A stretch of 63,203 nucleotides of DNA from a virus (IMGVR_UViG_3300027969_000101:1-63203), one strand, 5' to 3'; numbered from the stretch's first letter, positions 35,084 through 45,544 are shown. Notes: generated from the sequence alone by a model not told the origin. Made by a program: numbers and translations.

Positions 35084-36137
35084 AATTTTCTTTGGTGTAA
35101 TAATCAAACAATTTAAAATCTTTTGCTCGTATTTTAGTATGTTCTGAATCTATAGCAACATACGAATCAGCCGCATAATAAATTGTAGCAGACGGGTGTT
35201 TAATCTTTTTATCAAAATAATCTTGATCTTTGGTATAGTCAAAAATTAATTTTTTAAAATCGTATTTAAAATCCGAAAGAGTAGTTATTTTTGATTGCCT
35301 ATGATTTATCGACCATTGTTGCAGTTGGGGAGAACTAAAGAATGTCTGTATGTCTACAGGTATGTTAGTTCTTAATTTAATTTTTTCATGTGCCCACTGC
35401 CAGCGCCAACAAAAACTTATCCACCACGAAAAGTCATAAACAGTTTCTATGGGCCTGGGCGACTTGCTTGCTGACAACATATAAATGTCATACCAACAAT
35501 TGGCAGATTTATTAGACATTCCGTGATCTTCAAAGAATTTTACTATAATATTTCTTGTTGGTTTTTGTTTTAAAGATTCTCCTCCATAGAGGTTGAAAAA
35601 ATCTATGCCAAACTCTTGTCCGTACATGCAGTCGCCTCGCTCGCAACTTAACACAATACCATCAACACCGGTAAATTTTATTCGTTGCATAAACTCCTCA
35701 GAGGCTACTAACTTAAAATTTCCCAATATATGATTTTGGTAAAAATTAGAATGTTCTCTTATACTGTCTCTGTTGCAAACAACTACTAATTGATCTTTTG
35801 TTGCGCCAGCCTGGATAAAAGAAACTAGCGCCATAGTAGAATCTATGCCGCCGCTCCATAAAAAATAAATTAATTTTTGAGATGATAGTATATCATTAGC
35901 TCTTGTCAACGCACAATCTAATAAATCCATAGATAGCTGATTTGGGAATTCTATTATCTTATTTTCTTCTAGCACTACATTTCTAAAAGGCAATGCTACA
36001 GACTCTGTTCGATCAACTAACCAAGATCCTGGTATGACTTTTAATATATCTTTATAGATGTCTATGTCAGGACGATTATTTAATAAATTTTTTTGATCTT
36101 TTATTTCAAAAGAACAAGATACGATCAATGACTTCAT
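35058..36137 (-). CDS. Asparagine-synthase-like PP-loop protein
   Basis: WSGGIDST, ERGDCMYG; paralog of 31542-32795. Confidence 0.6.
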   Translation of the reverse strand: MKSLIVSCSFEIKDQKNLLNNRPDIDIYKDILKVIPGSWLVDRTESVALPFRNVVLEENKIIEFPNQLSMDLLDCALTRANDILSSQKLIYFLWSGGIDSTMALVSFIQAGATKDQLVVVCNRDSIREHSNFYQNHILGNFKLVASEEFMQRIKFTGVDGIVLSCERGDCMYGQEFGIDFFNLYGGESLKQKPTRNIIVKFFEDHGMSNKSANCWYDIYMLSASKSPRPIETVYDFSWWISFCWRWQWAHEKIKLRTNIPVDIQTFFSSPQLQQWSINHRQSKITTLSDFKYDFKKLIFDYTKDQDYFDKKIKHPSATIYYAADSYVAIDSEHTKIRAKDFKLFDYYTKENFISDWLTN

Positions 36138-36841
36138 CTTCTAGCACCAAATTTAAGCTCTGTCTCAAATGACTTTATTATACCTAAATTTAAAAATTCT
36201 TCTTCAGCATTAAGAGTGTTTACTTTAAAAACATACTTTCTCCATATAGCATGTATTCGCATTAAGGTGATACCGACAGATTCGTAATCCATCCTCAACT
36301 CTTGATATGCGTTGTCAACTGTTAACTCTGCTAGATCTGCCCATTCTATTATGCTTGCAGGATAATAACTATCAGATACCTTGTCTAGTTCTTTGCCGAG
36401 ATATTGATAGAATAACTCATCTCCGCAAAATGTTTTTACACGAGAAATATATCGATCACATATATTTTCTAAATCTCTAAATCTTTTTGATCTAAAGTTT
36501 GCTATTTCTCTTTTAGAGATCCATCCTTTGGGTGGAACAAATTCGGATACAATAAATGATTCTGTTATTCTATCAACCTTAACGGGTTCTGCTACATTTG
36601 TTTCGCTGTCCATTCCAGTCTCATCGACATAGGCCCTTTGCAATTTGTAATTTAGTGTAGTATCGTCTTGATATTTGTTAATATTATGATTTGCAAATTG
36701 GAAATAGATAGTCATAGGGGAACTATTTGTTATTCCCTGAGAAACCGCATTTGCAACATTAGCACTTGAACAGCGTGCCAGTATTCCTTTAGTTTCTTGA
36801 TCTACGACCAAAAATAAATATAATTTGATACCGTTTAACAT
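36134..36841 (-). CDS. Hypothetical protein coupled to PP-loop gene
   Basis: ATGA overlap with downstream gene. Confidence 0.55.
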   Translation of the reverse strand: MLNGIKLYLFLVVDQETKGILARCSSANVANAVSQGITNSSPMTIYFQFANHNINKYQDDTTLNYKLQRAYVDETGMDSETNVAEPVKVDRITESFIVSEFVPPKGWISKREIANFRSKRFRDLENICDRYISRVKTFCGDELFYQYLGKELDKVSDSYYPASIIEWADLAELTVDNAYQELRMDYESVGITLMRIHAIWRKYVFKVNTLNAEEEFLNLGIIKSFETELKFGARR

Positions 36842-36948
36842 TAAACTGTACCTTTGGTCTGTAGATCTAAGTTATTCATAATTGTAAAATTTTTTAGGGA
36901 ATAGAATACTAGTTAAATACTAGCATATAATATTTATAGGAAAAACAC

Positions 36949-37902
36949 ATGCTTAGAATTTTTTTAATGGCATTGTTCCTGCTTCAAAATCAATTAGCAG
37001 TAGCATTTGAGCCAACAGATCGACTAATTACCATCATATCTGGGTTTACTCCGGGTGCAACAGATCAGGCTCTAAAACCATACATTGAAGTGTTAGAGGC
37101 CAAGGGCTATAAAGTCATCATTGAACATCGACCAGGAGCCAACGGTTCCATTGCAATGAATTATTTTACCAATAAGGCCAAACCAGACGGGTACACATTG
37201 TGGGCCACAGCATCCTCATTACTTACTATTGCACCGATCGCCACGCCGGAACTTATACAAAACACAGGAGTTGATTTAATTACCACAGTGGCGGCGGGCC
37301 CAATGGTATTAATATCAACTAAAGAATCCGGAATAAAAACTATAGAAACCTTTAGAAAAGACTTACTCTCGAATAGAAAAGATATCAATATTGCCACTCC
37401 TAGTTTATTCTTTGAAGTAGCGGCAAGATACCTGGTAACTCAAGTTTCAAAAGATAACAAGAGTGTGCCAACAGTAAGCTATAAATCTGGAGCAGATGCT
37501 ATCAGAGACGTACTAGGTAATCATGTACGCTATGGCGTTTTACAATTGGCCGTAGTAGCTCCCTTTATTGATTCGGATAAAATTAATATTATTGCTATCA
37601 GCGGAACAAATAGATTTCCAACTATACCAAACGTACCTACGTTCAGTGAGAAAATAAAAGGCTTTCATCCTAAAGTTGAGGCCAGCTGGGGACTAGCATT
37701 GCCTAACGGAACTGACCCAGCAATACATAAATTTTACCACGATGTACTAACAGACACAGCATTGAGAAGAGAGACTAGAGCAAAACTCCAACAGAGTTTT
37801 ATGATTATACCAGAATCATATGTTGGTAAACCCGCATTTGAAAAACGCATATCGGAGGAGACAGTTTTATGGAAAGAGATACTAGTGAACATCAAGAAGT
37901 AA
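36949..37902 (+). CDS. Bug/TctC tripartite tricarboxylate transporter substrate-binding protein
   Basis: Signal peptide; EHRPGANGSIA, KPDGYTL, PNVPTFSE. Confidence 0.85.
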   Translation: MLRIFLMALFLLQNQLAVAFEPTDRLITIISGFTPGATDQALKPYIEVLEAKGYKVIIEHRPGANGSIAMNYFTNKAKPDGYTLWATASSLLTIAPIATPELIQNTGVDLITTVAAGPMVLISTKESGIKTIETFRKDLLSNRKDINIATPSLFFEVAARYLVTQVSKDNKSVPTVSYKSGADAIRDVLGNHVRYGVLQLAVVAPFIDSDKINIIAISGTNRFPTIPNVPTFSEKIKGFHPKVEASWGLALPNGTDPAIHKFYHDVLTDTALRRETRAKLQQSFMIIPESYVGKPAFEKRISEETVLWKEILVNIKK

Positions 37903-38042
37903 TTCATGGTCCCGAACACTACGAAGGACGGGGTCAGTCTGACTGGGATGGCTCGTGTGTTGTCATTACCAGAAAAGAAGATAAAGGTAGACAACAAACT
38001 AACGACGGGACTACCAGTTTAAAAGATATCAGCAATGATTAA
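37869..38042 (+). CDS. Small hypothetical peptide (57 aa, not in ORF track)
   Basis: GGAGGAG RBS then MERDTSEHQEVIHGPEHYEGRGQSDWDGSCVV... Confidence 0.4.
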   Translation: MERDTSEHQEVIHGPEHYEGRGQSDWDGSCVVITRKEDKGRQQTNDGTTSLKDISND

Positions 38043-38077
38043 GATAGCGGAGTATGTCCGTTTATATAAGGAACAAT

Positions 38078-38872
38078 ATGAATTCAGTTGATGTAAATAT
38101 CTATGATAATCTAATATCAGACGATTTAAGACAAGAAGTATGGAAGTACATTAATAAACAAAAATGGTATGCTACTTGGAAAGTAGTAAGACCCTACATG
38201 ACTAGTTATATCCCAGAAGAAGAAGGATTCATGGACAACAGTCATAGGATTATGAGTTTACGATTACCTACAATGTGGATGCATCGAACTTGTTTTGCTA
38301 GCGATGATTCTAGTCTTGAAAAAAATCATCCTGTTATATGGGACTTGTGGCAAAGAATAAATTTAGCACTTGGCAACAAATACACAATAACCGGCTGTCC
38401 TGAGGAAATGGCATTATGGCCCGAGGACCATCAAGAGTGGAAAGCGCCGGCAACCCAAGATCCAAATTTAGAACAAGGATGGAGAGTATACACTAATGGG
38501 CAATTAGACGAATCTGTAAAACGTAGTCACGGTGTGCATCGAGACACAGTTGACGAAACTGATGATCAAACTAGGACTATACTATATGTTGCTAATTTAG
38601 AATGGTATCCAACTTGGTTTGCTGAAATTGTATTCTACCCAGATGATCCTGCTGGATTAACTGGGGACCGTCAACAATTTCAAGGACAACATAAGCTAGG
38701 GCAAGAAAGAGGATTTAAAATAGGCTGGGCCGATGAAGGAAAAATTGTAAGTTCGGTTCCCGGAAGAATTATAGATTATGATGGCCGAACATTACACACA
38801 ACAAGACCTGCGGCTATATGGTCTCAGGATATAAGAAAAACCATAGCATTTAGAGTACGGTTAAAAAATTAA
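38078..38872 (+). CDS. 2OG-Fe(II) oxygenase
   Basis: HRD..TILYVANLEW..PGRII..LH..RKTIAFR. Confidence 0.7.
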   Translation: MNSVDVNIYDNLISDDLRQEVWKYINKQKWYATWKVVRPYMTSYIPEEEGFMDNSHRIMSLRLPTMWMHRTCFASDDSSLEKNHPVIWDLWQRINLALGNKYTITGCPEEMALWPEDHQEWKAPATQDPNLEQGWRVYTNGQLDESVKRSHGVHRDTVDETDDQTRTILYVANLEWYPTWFAEIVFYPDDPAGLTGDRQQFQGQHKLGQERGFKIGWADEGKIVSSVPGRIIDYDGRTLHTTRPAAIWSQDIRKTIAFRVRLKN

Positions 38873-39363
38873 TCATCAACACACATAATAATATGTATTC
38901 GATTTTCTGTATGAGCGTTTATAAAGGTATGTGGTTTTGTTGTATCAGTTAAGTATACACTGCCCCGAGGCATATGATGGCATTCGTTTAATGTCGGCCA
39001 TATCATCCATGCTTGAGAATTAGTAATAAGTGGTATGTGTATTCGTTTACTAGGATCGGCATGTATTGAATAACATTGTCTTGCTGGCATTGACATTATC
39101 CTAGTTCTATAGGCATTATGCTTTAAAATTATCTTTTCTAATTCTGATCCCTTTAGTTTTGGATTAATATTACAATACTTTTTTTCAGATTGAATTTCTA
39201 ACTCTTCGATTCTACCAATACCGGTGTGCCAATCTTCTTGCCCTTCTTCTAGAGTTTGACAAATTATTTGGTTGTTTACAAACCCAGCAGTTTGTATAAT
39301 ATCATTGATTTCCGTTAGGATTTTTGGGAAATTTTTAATTTGGTACAATTGGTGAACTAACAT
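38869..39363 (-). CDS. Aspartyl/asparaginyl beta-hydroxylase-like oxygenase
   Basis: YSIHAD..RIHIPLITN..DTTKPHTFIN..RIHI. Confidence 0.7.
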   Translation of the reverse strand: MLVHQLYQIKNFPKILTEINDIIQTAGFVNNQIICQTLEEGQEDWHTGIGRIEELEIQSEKKYCNINPKLKGSELEKIILKHNAYRTRIMSMPARQCYSIHADPSKRIHIPLITNSQAWMIWPTLNECHHMPRGSVYLTDTTKPHTFINAHTENRIHIIMCVDD

Positions 39364-39423
39364 GAAAGTATTTATGGTAAAATTGATATTGACATTATTT
39401 CAAAATAGCTATATAATTACAAT

Positions 39424-39534
39424 GTGGACGTGAGTGGAACTTGGTATACCTCCTCCTAGTAGCGCAAGCGAACGGAGGGTGTGGGGCTAACCCATTGGGT
39501 GCCTTTGTAGGTTCGAATCCTACCGTCTACACCA
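39424..39534 (+). ncRNA. tRNA-like RNA with remodelled anticodon domain
   Basis: GTGGACG/CGTCTAC-A-CCA, T arm GTAGG-TTCGAAT-CCTAC, no 7-nt anticodon loop; own TTGACA-17-TATAAT promoter at 39389. Confidence 0.75.
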
Positions 39535-39558
39535 TTTTTAACACACACAGAGGCTCGT

Positions 39559-39900
39559 ATGAAAAAGGCACTAGCAATACTTTTATCTTTATCAGTATCA
39601 ACTGTTTATGCTCAATTTGACCCGAATTGGCGTGACCCAAATGCGTTGTTTGACGCTAGTAAAACTATGACCGATAATGTTTTAGTTACGTGGAATAGAG
39701 TGGATGATATCCGTAAAACTTGCGAAACTGAAAGCAAGCGGCGAGGGCTTGGTGGGTTTGGATATAGCATGGAAGCCTGTTCGTTCTGGGGTACAGATAA
39801 AGGCGGCAAAGATTTTTGCCATATCTTTACAAGAAAGAAAACTACAATGCACGACCTCGGTCATGAAATGCGTCATTGCTTTCAAGGAAGTTTCCATTGA
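39559..39900 (+). CDS. Secreted HExxH-motif protein
   Basis: Signal peptide; LGHEMRHC. Confidence 0.55.
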   Translation: MKKALAILLSLSVSTVYAQFDPNWRDPNALFDASKTMTDNVLVTWNRVDDIRKTCETESKRRGLGGFGYSMEACSFWGTDKGGKDFCHIFTRKKTTMHDLGHEMRHCFQGSFH

Positions 39901-40436
39901 ACAAAAAAGTAGCATCAAGTCCCGAGCGTAATACCTTCCAAAAAGAAGGCGCAATCCGCCGTGCAGAAGAAGCGGGCGAAGAACCCAATCAAGCATACAT
40001 TGACATGTGGGATCAGATCAAGATTGATGAGGCTAACAAGATCCACGATCCTAAGTGGCAAAAGAATAACATGGAGTATGATCTCCGTAGTAGTAAAGAA
40101 CTCTGTGACAAAGTTAAAGAGTCGGACAACTATGCTCAAAACTTGTATGCCGCTATGTGTAACATGGATTGGCAAAGCAGAGAGTTTTGGCAAGAGATGA
40201 AAGGTGAAACTTGGTCGTGCAGTTGGCGGCATGCTGGTGGTATTGTTGCTGATATGCAGGAGAAGGGTGACTACATTGATTGGTACTGTAGTGGCATTGG
40301 CAATAACGATGCCGGCTATGGGCTAGATGCTCGGCCGGCAACTGGTTACGTGCCAGAAGGTGTTGTAACTGAAGAAATTGAATTGGACTTAAACCGTCTG
40401 GGTTGGAGACCGGTTCCTTATAGGGATGATGAATAA
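39876..40436 (+). CDS. Conserved phage hypothetical protein
   Basis: YAQNLYAAMCN..WSCSWR..GDYIDWYCSG. Confidence 0.65.
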   Translation: MLSRKFPLNKKVASSPERNTFQKEGAIRRAEEAGEEPNQAYIDMWDQIKIDEANKIHDPKWQKNNMEYDLRSSKELCDKVKESDNYAQNLYAAMCNMDWQSREFWQEMKGETWSCSWRHAGGIVADMQEKGDYIDWYCSGIGNNDAGYGLDARPATGYVPEGVVTEEIELDLNRLGWRPVPYRDDE

Positions 40437-40452
40437 CGTGGTAAATAATAGC

Positions 40453-40623
40453 ATGGAAAAACATACATATAACGCAGAAGACATTTTTGAAGAGATTCCC
40501 GGAGACCCGGATAATGTTATAATGAAACTTCCTCCAGAGCTTCTTGAGCATACTGGATGGAAAGAAGGAGATACATTGAATATCAAAATCGAAGACGGCG
40601 CAATTGTTATCAGCAAACCATAA
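40453..40623 (+). CDS. AbrB/MazE-like small DNA-binding protein
   Basis: MKLPPELLEHTGWKEGDTLNI. Confidence 0.55.
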   Translation: MEKHTYNAEDIFEEIPGDPDNVIMKLPPELLEHTGWKEGDTLNIKIEDGAIVISKP

Positions 40624-40841
40624 TGGCTAAAGACGATATTATTGAACTAGTCGGTGCTGTTGAAGAAGTTCTCCCTGGAAACATGTTTAGGGTCAAGGTT
40701 GAAAATATGCCTAAACCGTTATTGTGTTACATGGGCGGGAAATTAAAGCAACATAAGATTAGAATTATTTTAGGTGACAATGTAAAAATAGAAGTTAGCC
40801 CATATGACTTATCTAAGGGCAGAGTAACGTATAGATTGTAA
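40623..40841 (+). CDS. infA: Translation initiation factor IF-1
   Basis: MAKDDIIEL.G.VEEVLPGNMFRV..IRIILGDNV.IEVSPYDLSKGRVTYR. Confidence 0.95.
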   Translation: MAKDDIIELVGAVEEVLPGNMFRVKVENMPKPLLCYMGGKLKQHKIRIILGDNVKIEVSPYDLSKGRVTYRL

Positions 40842-40843
40842 AT

Positions 40844-41518
40844 ATGAACAGCGTTATGGAAACCATTTGCGGGGTTTGCAATACTGTTAGAAGCAATAGC
40901 AAACACGGCACAAGTTTCCAGAGGCTATTAACTGAGTTACGTAGAGAGTTTCGGAAACAGGGATTTGAATTAAAAATTCGTACTGCTCGAGATAAGAATC
41001 TTAACTCAGAAGAATTTTATGTTAACGCATATTACGATGCTGAAGACGATAAAAACAAAGAATCTCCAATAGAGGTAATTGTACACCATAACTTTAACAA
41101 AGAGTTAGTTTGGGATTACAAACACATTACCGATTTTCTTGTACAAATTTTTGACGCAGTTGTACACGAATTTAAACATCAACGCCAAAGTCGAAAACGT
41201 ATGTATGTATCTTATTGGGTTCATGCAGACAGCAATCATCAATATCAAGAATATTTAAGTGACCCTGATGAGCTTGATGCCTATGCATTAAGTATTGCTA
41301 TTGAACTGTGCAGGACTATGGGGAAACATCGAGCCTTAAGATATCTTCCAAAGTTTACTACTTTGGCAAAATTTAAAGTGCAGGACAATTATGTTAGTCC
41401 AAATTTAAATGCGTATGTTGCCCATTTTGAAAAACCCATAAGTCCACTCCTTAGGCGGTTAGCCAAAAAAGTTTATGTTCGATTACAGAAGGTTGACACA
41501 GACTGCATTTTCGTGTAA
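40844..41518 (+). CDS. HExxH zincin-like protein
   Basis: VHEFKHQRQ..DELDAYA; similar to 51931-52659. Confidence 0.55.
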   Translation: MNSVMETICGVCNTVRSNSKHGTSFQRLLTELRREFRKQGFELKIRTARDKNLNSEEFYVNAYYDAEDDKNKESPIEVIVHHNFNKELVWDYKHITDFLVQIFDAVVHEFKHQRQSRKRMYVSYWVHADSNHQYQEYLSDPDELDAYALSIAIELCRTMGKHRALRYLPKFTTLAKFKVQDNYVSPNLNAYVAHFEKPISPLLRRLAKKVYVRLQKVDTDCIFV

Positions 41519-41555
41519 AATACAAAGTATAGTAACTACAGTATTTGGGGCGATT

Positions 41556-41981
41556 ATGGAAGTGCTTTGCGGAGAGCGTAAGTCAGCAACTAAAGAGTTG
41601 ACACTGACTGCTATTAAATTTTTCATTCAAGATCTCAAACTAACAAACAGTAAGTATAATCTTCTTGTGTTCTTTGATCGCGGTATGGCTAAACGAGAAG
41701 ACGTCCGAGGGTCTGTTTCAAAACTAGGTCCAAAAGGATTGTGTATGGTACTCGACACAAGTTTAGATTTTGAAAGACTACTTATTACTATTGCACACGA
41801 AATGGTGCATGTTAAGCAATATGCTCGAGGACAAGTTAAAAACAGTTCAAGAGGCAAGACTAGATATTGGATGGGCAAAAGTGTTCGCAAGGAATATTAT
41901 GACCAACCGTGGGAATTAGAAGCATTTAGTAAAGAACGAATTTTAGCCAACAAAGTTTTTAGAATGATAGCTAAGGCCTAA
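41556..41981 (+). CDS. Phage metallopeptidase-like protein
   Basis: IAHEMVHVKQY..QPWELEA. Confidence 0.7.
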   Translation: MEVLCGERKSATKELTLTAIKFFIQDLKLTNSKYNLLVFFDRGMAKREDVRGSVSKLGPKGLCMVLDTSLDFERLLITIAHEMVHVKQYARGQVKNSSRGKTRYWMGKSVRKEYYDQPWELEAFSKERILANKVFRMIAKA

Positions 41982-41983
41982 TC

Positions 41984-42667
41984 ATGGATGACCTGTTTCC
42001 TCTACAAGATGTACTCGAACTAGCATGTGCCGCTCAACGAGTCAATAAAGATTATATCAAAGAACAAGAAATTCTGTATACTGAGGATGGCAAAGTTAAA
42101 CATATCATAATGCCTAATAAAGAGCTTGTAAAAATGACTTTGAAATTAGATCCTCGATATTCCGGGCCAGTTCCTCCTAAACTAATTCCAATTGATCTAG
42201 ACAAGGAACTTGCACAAGAAATTCGTAAGTATTTTCGAAAATTAATGTTTTCGGCAATCGAAGGAGATAATGAATTTAAAACCGAAGTTAACTCGTTGCT
42301 CAATTCTGAAAGTATACCTTTTAATAAAATTGGTTTTATTGCTTGCCTGCCAAGTGTTTACAAACGAGATTATGCAACAAGCCAGATTGAAAAACAAATT
42401 AAAACATTAAATGAAGGATATCTTTCGTTAATTGGCAGTACCGTTTTTGATTTAGATTGTGAAATCTTAGAATCAAAACGCTCAAAAAATTATGATGCAT
42501 TTAATATCACTGCTATAATTGATAATAAAATGGTCAGTTGGTTTAGTAAAGTTGATTTAAAAATTGGTTCTTGCGTTATAGTCAAAGCTAAAGTAAAAGA
42601 CCATTCTAAACATTGGAAGCACCAAAATGATGTTACACGACTTAACTATGTAAAGGCGGCTCAATGA
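41984..42667 (+). CDS. Hypothetical protein (possible C-terminal OB fold)
   Basis: KAKVKDH..TRLNYVK. Confidence 0.55.
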   Translation: MDDLFPLQDVLELACAAQRVNKDYIKEQEILYTEDGKVKHIIMPNKELVKMTLKLDPRYSGPVPPKLIPIDLDKELAQEIRKYFRKLMFSAIEGDNEFKTEVNSLLNSESIPFNKIGFIACLPSVYKRDYATSQIEKQIKTLNEGYLSLIGSTVFDLDCEILESKRSKNYDAFNITAIIDNKMVSWFSKVDLKIGSCVIVKAKVKDHSKHWKHQNDVTRLNYVKAAQ

Positions 42668-42918
42668 GCAAAGAAAAACATAAACCCCATCAATGGATTG
42701 ACGGTGAAACTGCGGATCGCATTACCAGTCTTAATCTAAAAGATTATCGTGCGTATCTTAAGAAAGAAATCAAGCAGTGGAAGAAGAATCCAAGGAGCGA
42801 TAGTAATCCTAAAGGTTATTGGATGCATCCTGAAGACGTAGGACTCAACATGCAAACTATTGCGGCACTGGATTTGATTATCAGTCATTTTCCAGAAACA
42901 TCGGATGAGATAAAATGA
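42664..42918 (+). CDS. Hypothetical protein
   Basis: ATGA-coupled ORF. Confidence 0.6.
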   Translation: MSKEKHKPHQWIDGETADRITSLNLKDYRAYLKKEIKQWKKNPRSDSNPKGYWMHPEDVGLNMQTIAALDLIISHFPETSDEIK

Positions 42919-43352
42919 ACGAAGACCAAGAATTTATAGACTATGAAACATTTGCCAAACGGATGGAAAAATCCTATCCAAAAATGTTTGAGGGCAAGTA
43001 CGGCGGATTTGCAGTAGGCAAAGGTTGGTACCCAATCCTTGAACGATTATGTTCTAACATTCAGCAACATATCGAATGGAAGAATAAAGATAGTGAGGTT
43101 TGCTCACAGGTTATTGTAGAACAGATTAAAGAAAAGTTCGGCGGCTTGCGCTTTTACTACCGTGGCGGTGATGATGAAATTAGCGGTATGGTGCGTATGG
43201 CAGAAGCTTGGGCAGATGTTGCTTGCGAAGAGTGTGGTGGTATTGGTAAACGTAGAGGTGGTGGCTGGGTAAGAACGTTGTGCGATTTGCACGAAACAGA
43301 GCGTAATGCTCGAATTGAAGAACAATGTAGAAAGGATGGTTTAGAGCTATGA
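42915..43352 (+). CDS. Conserved phage protein with CxxC
   Basis: QIKEKFGGLRFY..CEECG..TLC. Confidence 0.7.
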   Translation: MNEDQEFIDYETFAKRMEKSYPKMFEGKYGGFAVGKGWYPILERLCSNIQQHIEWKNKDSEVCSQVIVEQIKEKFGGLRFYYRGGDDEISGMVRMAEAWADVACEECGGIGKRRGGGWVRTLCDLHETERNARIEEQCRKDGLEL

Positions 43353-43960
43353 TTACAATGAAAGAATGGATGGAGTTAGTCGACTATCGTATCACCGAAG
43401 GCAGTGAATACGGGTGGGAGTGTTATGGTCCTAATGCTTACACATTAGATTCGTGGAATGGTGTTCACGGTAAAGGTGGGTACAGTTTCAGTATTGTGTT
43501 CAGCACTAAGAGTCAAAAGGTCTATGAAGTCAGTATGTGCGACTATACCAATGATCGTGCATATCGTATGATTAATCCTAAAAATGTTGAAAAGCATCAT
43601 AAGGAAGCCGAACATAGAAGTGTACTAGAGAATCAGGCGTGGGACGATGTTAACTATGTTGATTTGGACGTAGATGATGACTTCTTCCAAAAAGCATTGG
43701 CTATTAAAGATGGCGATGACTATGATACTCGAGTACTAGTTCCGGTTGACTTTTCGGATGAAGAACTGTTACAATATATGAAGATGGCGCACGAGCGTGA
43801 TATGACTTTTAACGACTTTGTTGAAGAAGCATTACGCCATGCTCTTGTAGAAGTGGAAGCGGGTCGTCTTACTAAAGAAGATGCAGAAAAATTTAAAGTA
43901 GGATACAAATGGCCTGAATCATTTGAGAAAGAAGAAAGCGATGAAGATAAAGTTGGTTAG
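43349..43960 (+). CDS. Hypothetical protein
   Basis: ATGA-coupled ORF. Confidence 0.6.
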   Translation: MITMKEWMELVDYRITEGSEYGWECYGPNAYTLDSWNGVHGKGGYSFSIVFSTKSQKVYEVSMCDYTNDRAYRMINPKNVEKHHKEAEHRSVLENQAWDDVNYVDLDVDDDFFQKALAIKDGDDYDTRVLVPVDFSDEELLQYMKMAHERDMTFNDFVEEALRHALVEVEAGRLTKEDAEKFKVGYKWPESFEKEESDEDKVG

Positions 43961-44831
43961 TGACCTTCATTTAGAATTTTCGGATTGTTACATCAACAAT
44001 GACGAAGGTGCCGATGTTTTGATTCTCGGTGGTGATATTTGTATCGCCCAGGATCTCCACGACCACCCTGAGCCTGCCAATACTGCGGATCAAGCCGCTA
44101 TTGCCAACGGCACTGGACTGGGTCGTAGACAATTGACTGCACAGCGTTTCCGTGATTTCTTCAAGCGTTGTAGTTTTCAGTTTCCACATGTAATTTACAT
44201 TATGGGTAATCACGAATTCTACAATGGCAAGTTCTATGCCGGCATTGACTATATGCGTGAAGAGTGCGCTAAGTATCCCAACATTCATATGTTAGAAAAC
44301 GACACTAAGATTATCCAAGACAGGAATCATGAAACTGGCGAAGTCTCTGATGTTGTGTTTGTAGGTGGAACACTCTGGACCAACATGAACAAACGTGATC
44401 CACTGACTATGCATGCCATTGAAGGTATGATGAACGACTTTCGTATCATTCGTAATGACAAACGAAACTATGCCCCTATGAGTGCGTTAGATGTTGCTGT
44501 TCGCCATGACCGGACCCTGGGCTATATTAAACTTATAGTCGAAGAACATCGAGATACTAAATGTGTTGTGGTTGGACATCACACACCAAGTTTCCAAAGT
44601 ATGCATCCAATGTATGCAAATGATACATTAATGAACGGTGGATACCACAGTGACTTGAGTGAGTTTATTTTGGATCACCCACAGATTGTTCTGTGGACAC
44701 ATGGCCACACTCATCATCCGTTTGATTATACAATTGGTGAGACTAGAGTTGTATGTAACCCACGTGGTTACGAAAATGATGGGTACAGCGAGGACACTGG
44801 TTGGGACCCTACTAAAATTTTGGAGATTTAA
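43941..44831 (+). CDS. Metallophosphoesterase
   Basis: SDLHLE, GGD, GNHE, HGHTH, NPRGY. Confidence 0.9.
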   Translation: MKIKLVSDLHLEFSDCYINNDEGADVLILGGDICIAQDLHDHPEPANTADQAAIANGTGLGRRQLTAQRFRDFFKRCSFQFPHVIYIMGNHEFYNGKFYAGIDYMREECAKYPNIHMLENDTKIIQDRNHETGEVSDVVFVGGTLWTNMNKRDPLTMHAIEGMMNDFRIIRNDKRNYAPMSALDVAVRHDRTLGYIKLIVEEHRDTKCVVVGHHTPSFQSMHPMYANDTLMNGGYHSDLSEFILDHPQIVLWTHGHTHHPFDYTIGETRVVCNPRGYENDGYSEDTGWDPTKILEI

Positions 44832-44989
44832 AATGAGCAATGAAAATATAAAACCAAGCATTAGTCAAATGCTTAGAATGACTGGTAGCAATACTGCTGA
44901 CTTCATGGCACGTGTCGCGGCACACGTTGAAGACTTAGAGCACCAAGTTGTGCTATTGCAAGAACGTATAACCGAACTCGAGACTTCAA

Positions 44990-45328
44990 ATGCTACTAAA
45001 TGAAAAAGAGACTAAACTCTTCAAGAAATGGCTTCGTAGTCATTTAAAGTATGGTCCGGTTACTGTAACCTTTACCAAAAAGGATGGCACAGAACGAGTG
45101 ATGAAGTGTACAACCAGTGAATCACTCGTTCCACAATTACTGCACGAAACTAATACGGATAACCCAATTGACTTTCCGGAACCAAAAAAGGAAAAGAAGG
45201 TTAACGAGGATGTAATGCCCGTTTACGATCTAGAGTCTAAACACTGGAAAAGTTTCCGCTGGGATAGTATTAAAAGCGTATCGTTTACAATCGGAGAAGA
45301 AATTGAGCACAGTAACGAGACACAGTGA
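44990..45328 (+). CDS. WYL-like/Sm-fold phage protein
   Basis: VTFTKKDGTERVMKCT..VYDLE..WKSFRWD. Confidence 0.65.
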   Translation: MLLNEKETKLFKKWLRSHLKYGPVTVTFTKKDGTERVMKCTTSESLVPQLLHETNTDNPIDFPEPKKEKKVNEDVMPVYDLESKHWKSFRWDSIKSVSFTIGEEIEHSNETQ

Positions 45329-45544
45329 TACATGTACCGTTCTACAAGAATCAACTAAAAAATCAGTAGATGCAGTAGTGCAAAACTTTTTGGAAAACGA
45401 AAGACTTGACGTTATCCTTAATAAGAGTGTAAAATTAAGTATGAAATGGAATGGTAGCTTCTATGAAGGCAGAATGGCTGGAATGGATTTTACTAGCGCA
45501 GGCCCAACAATTAGCAAAACACAAACAGGAACTAGAGGCTAAAA

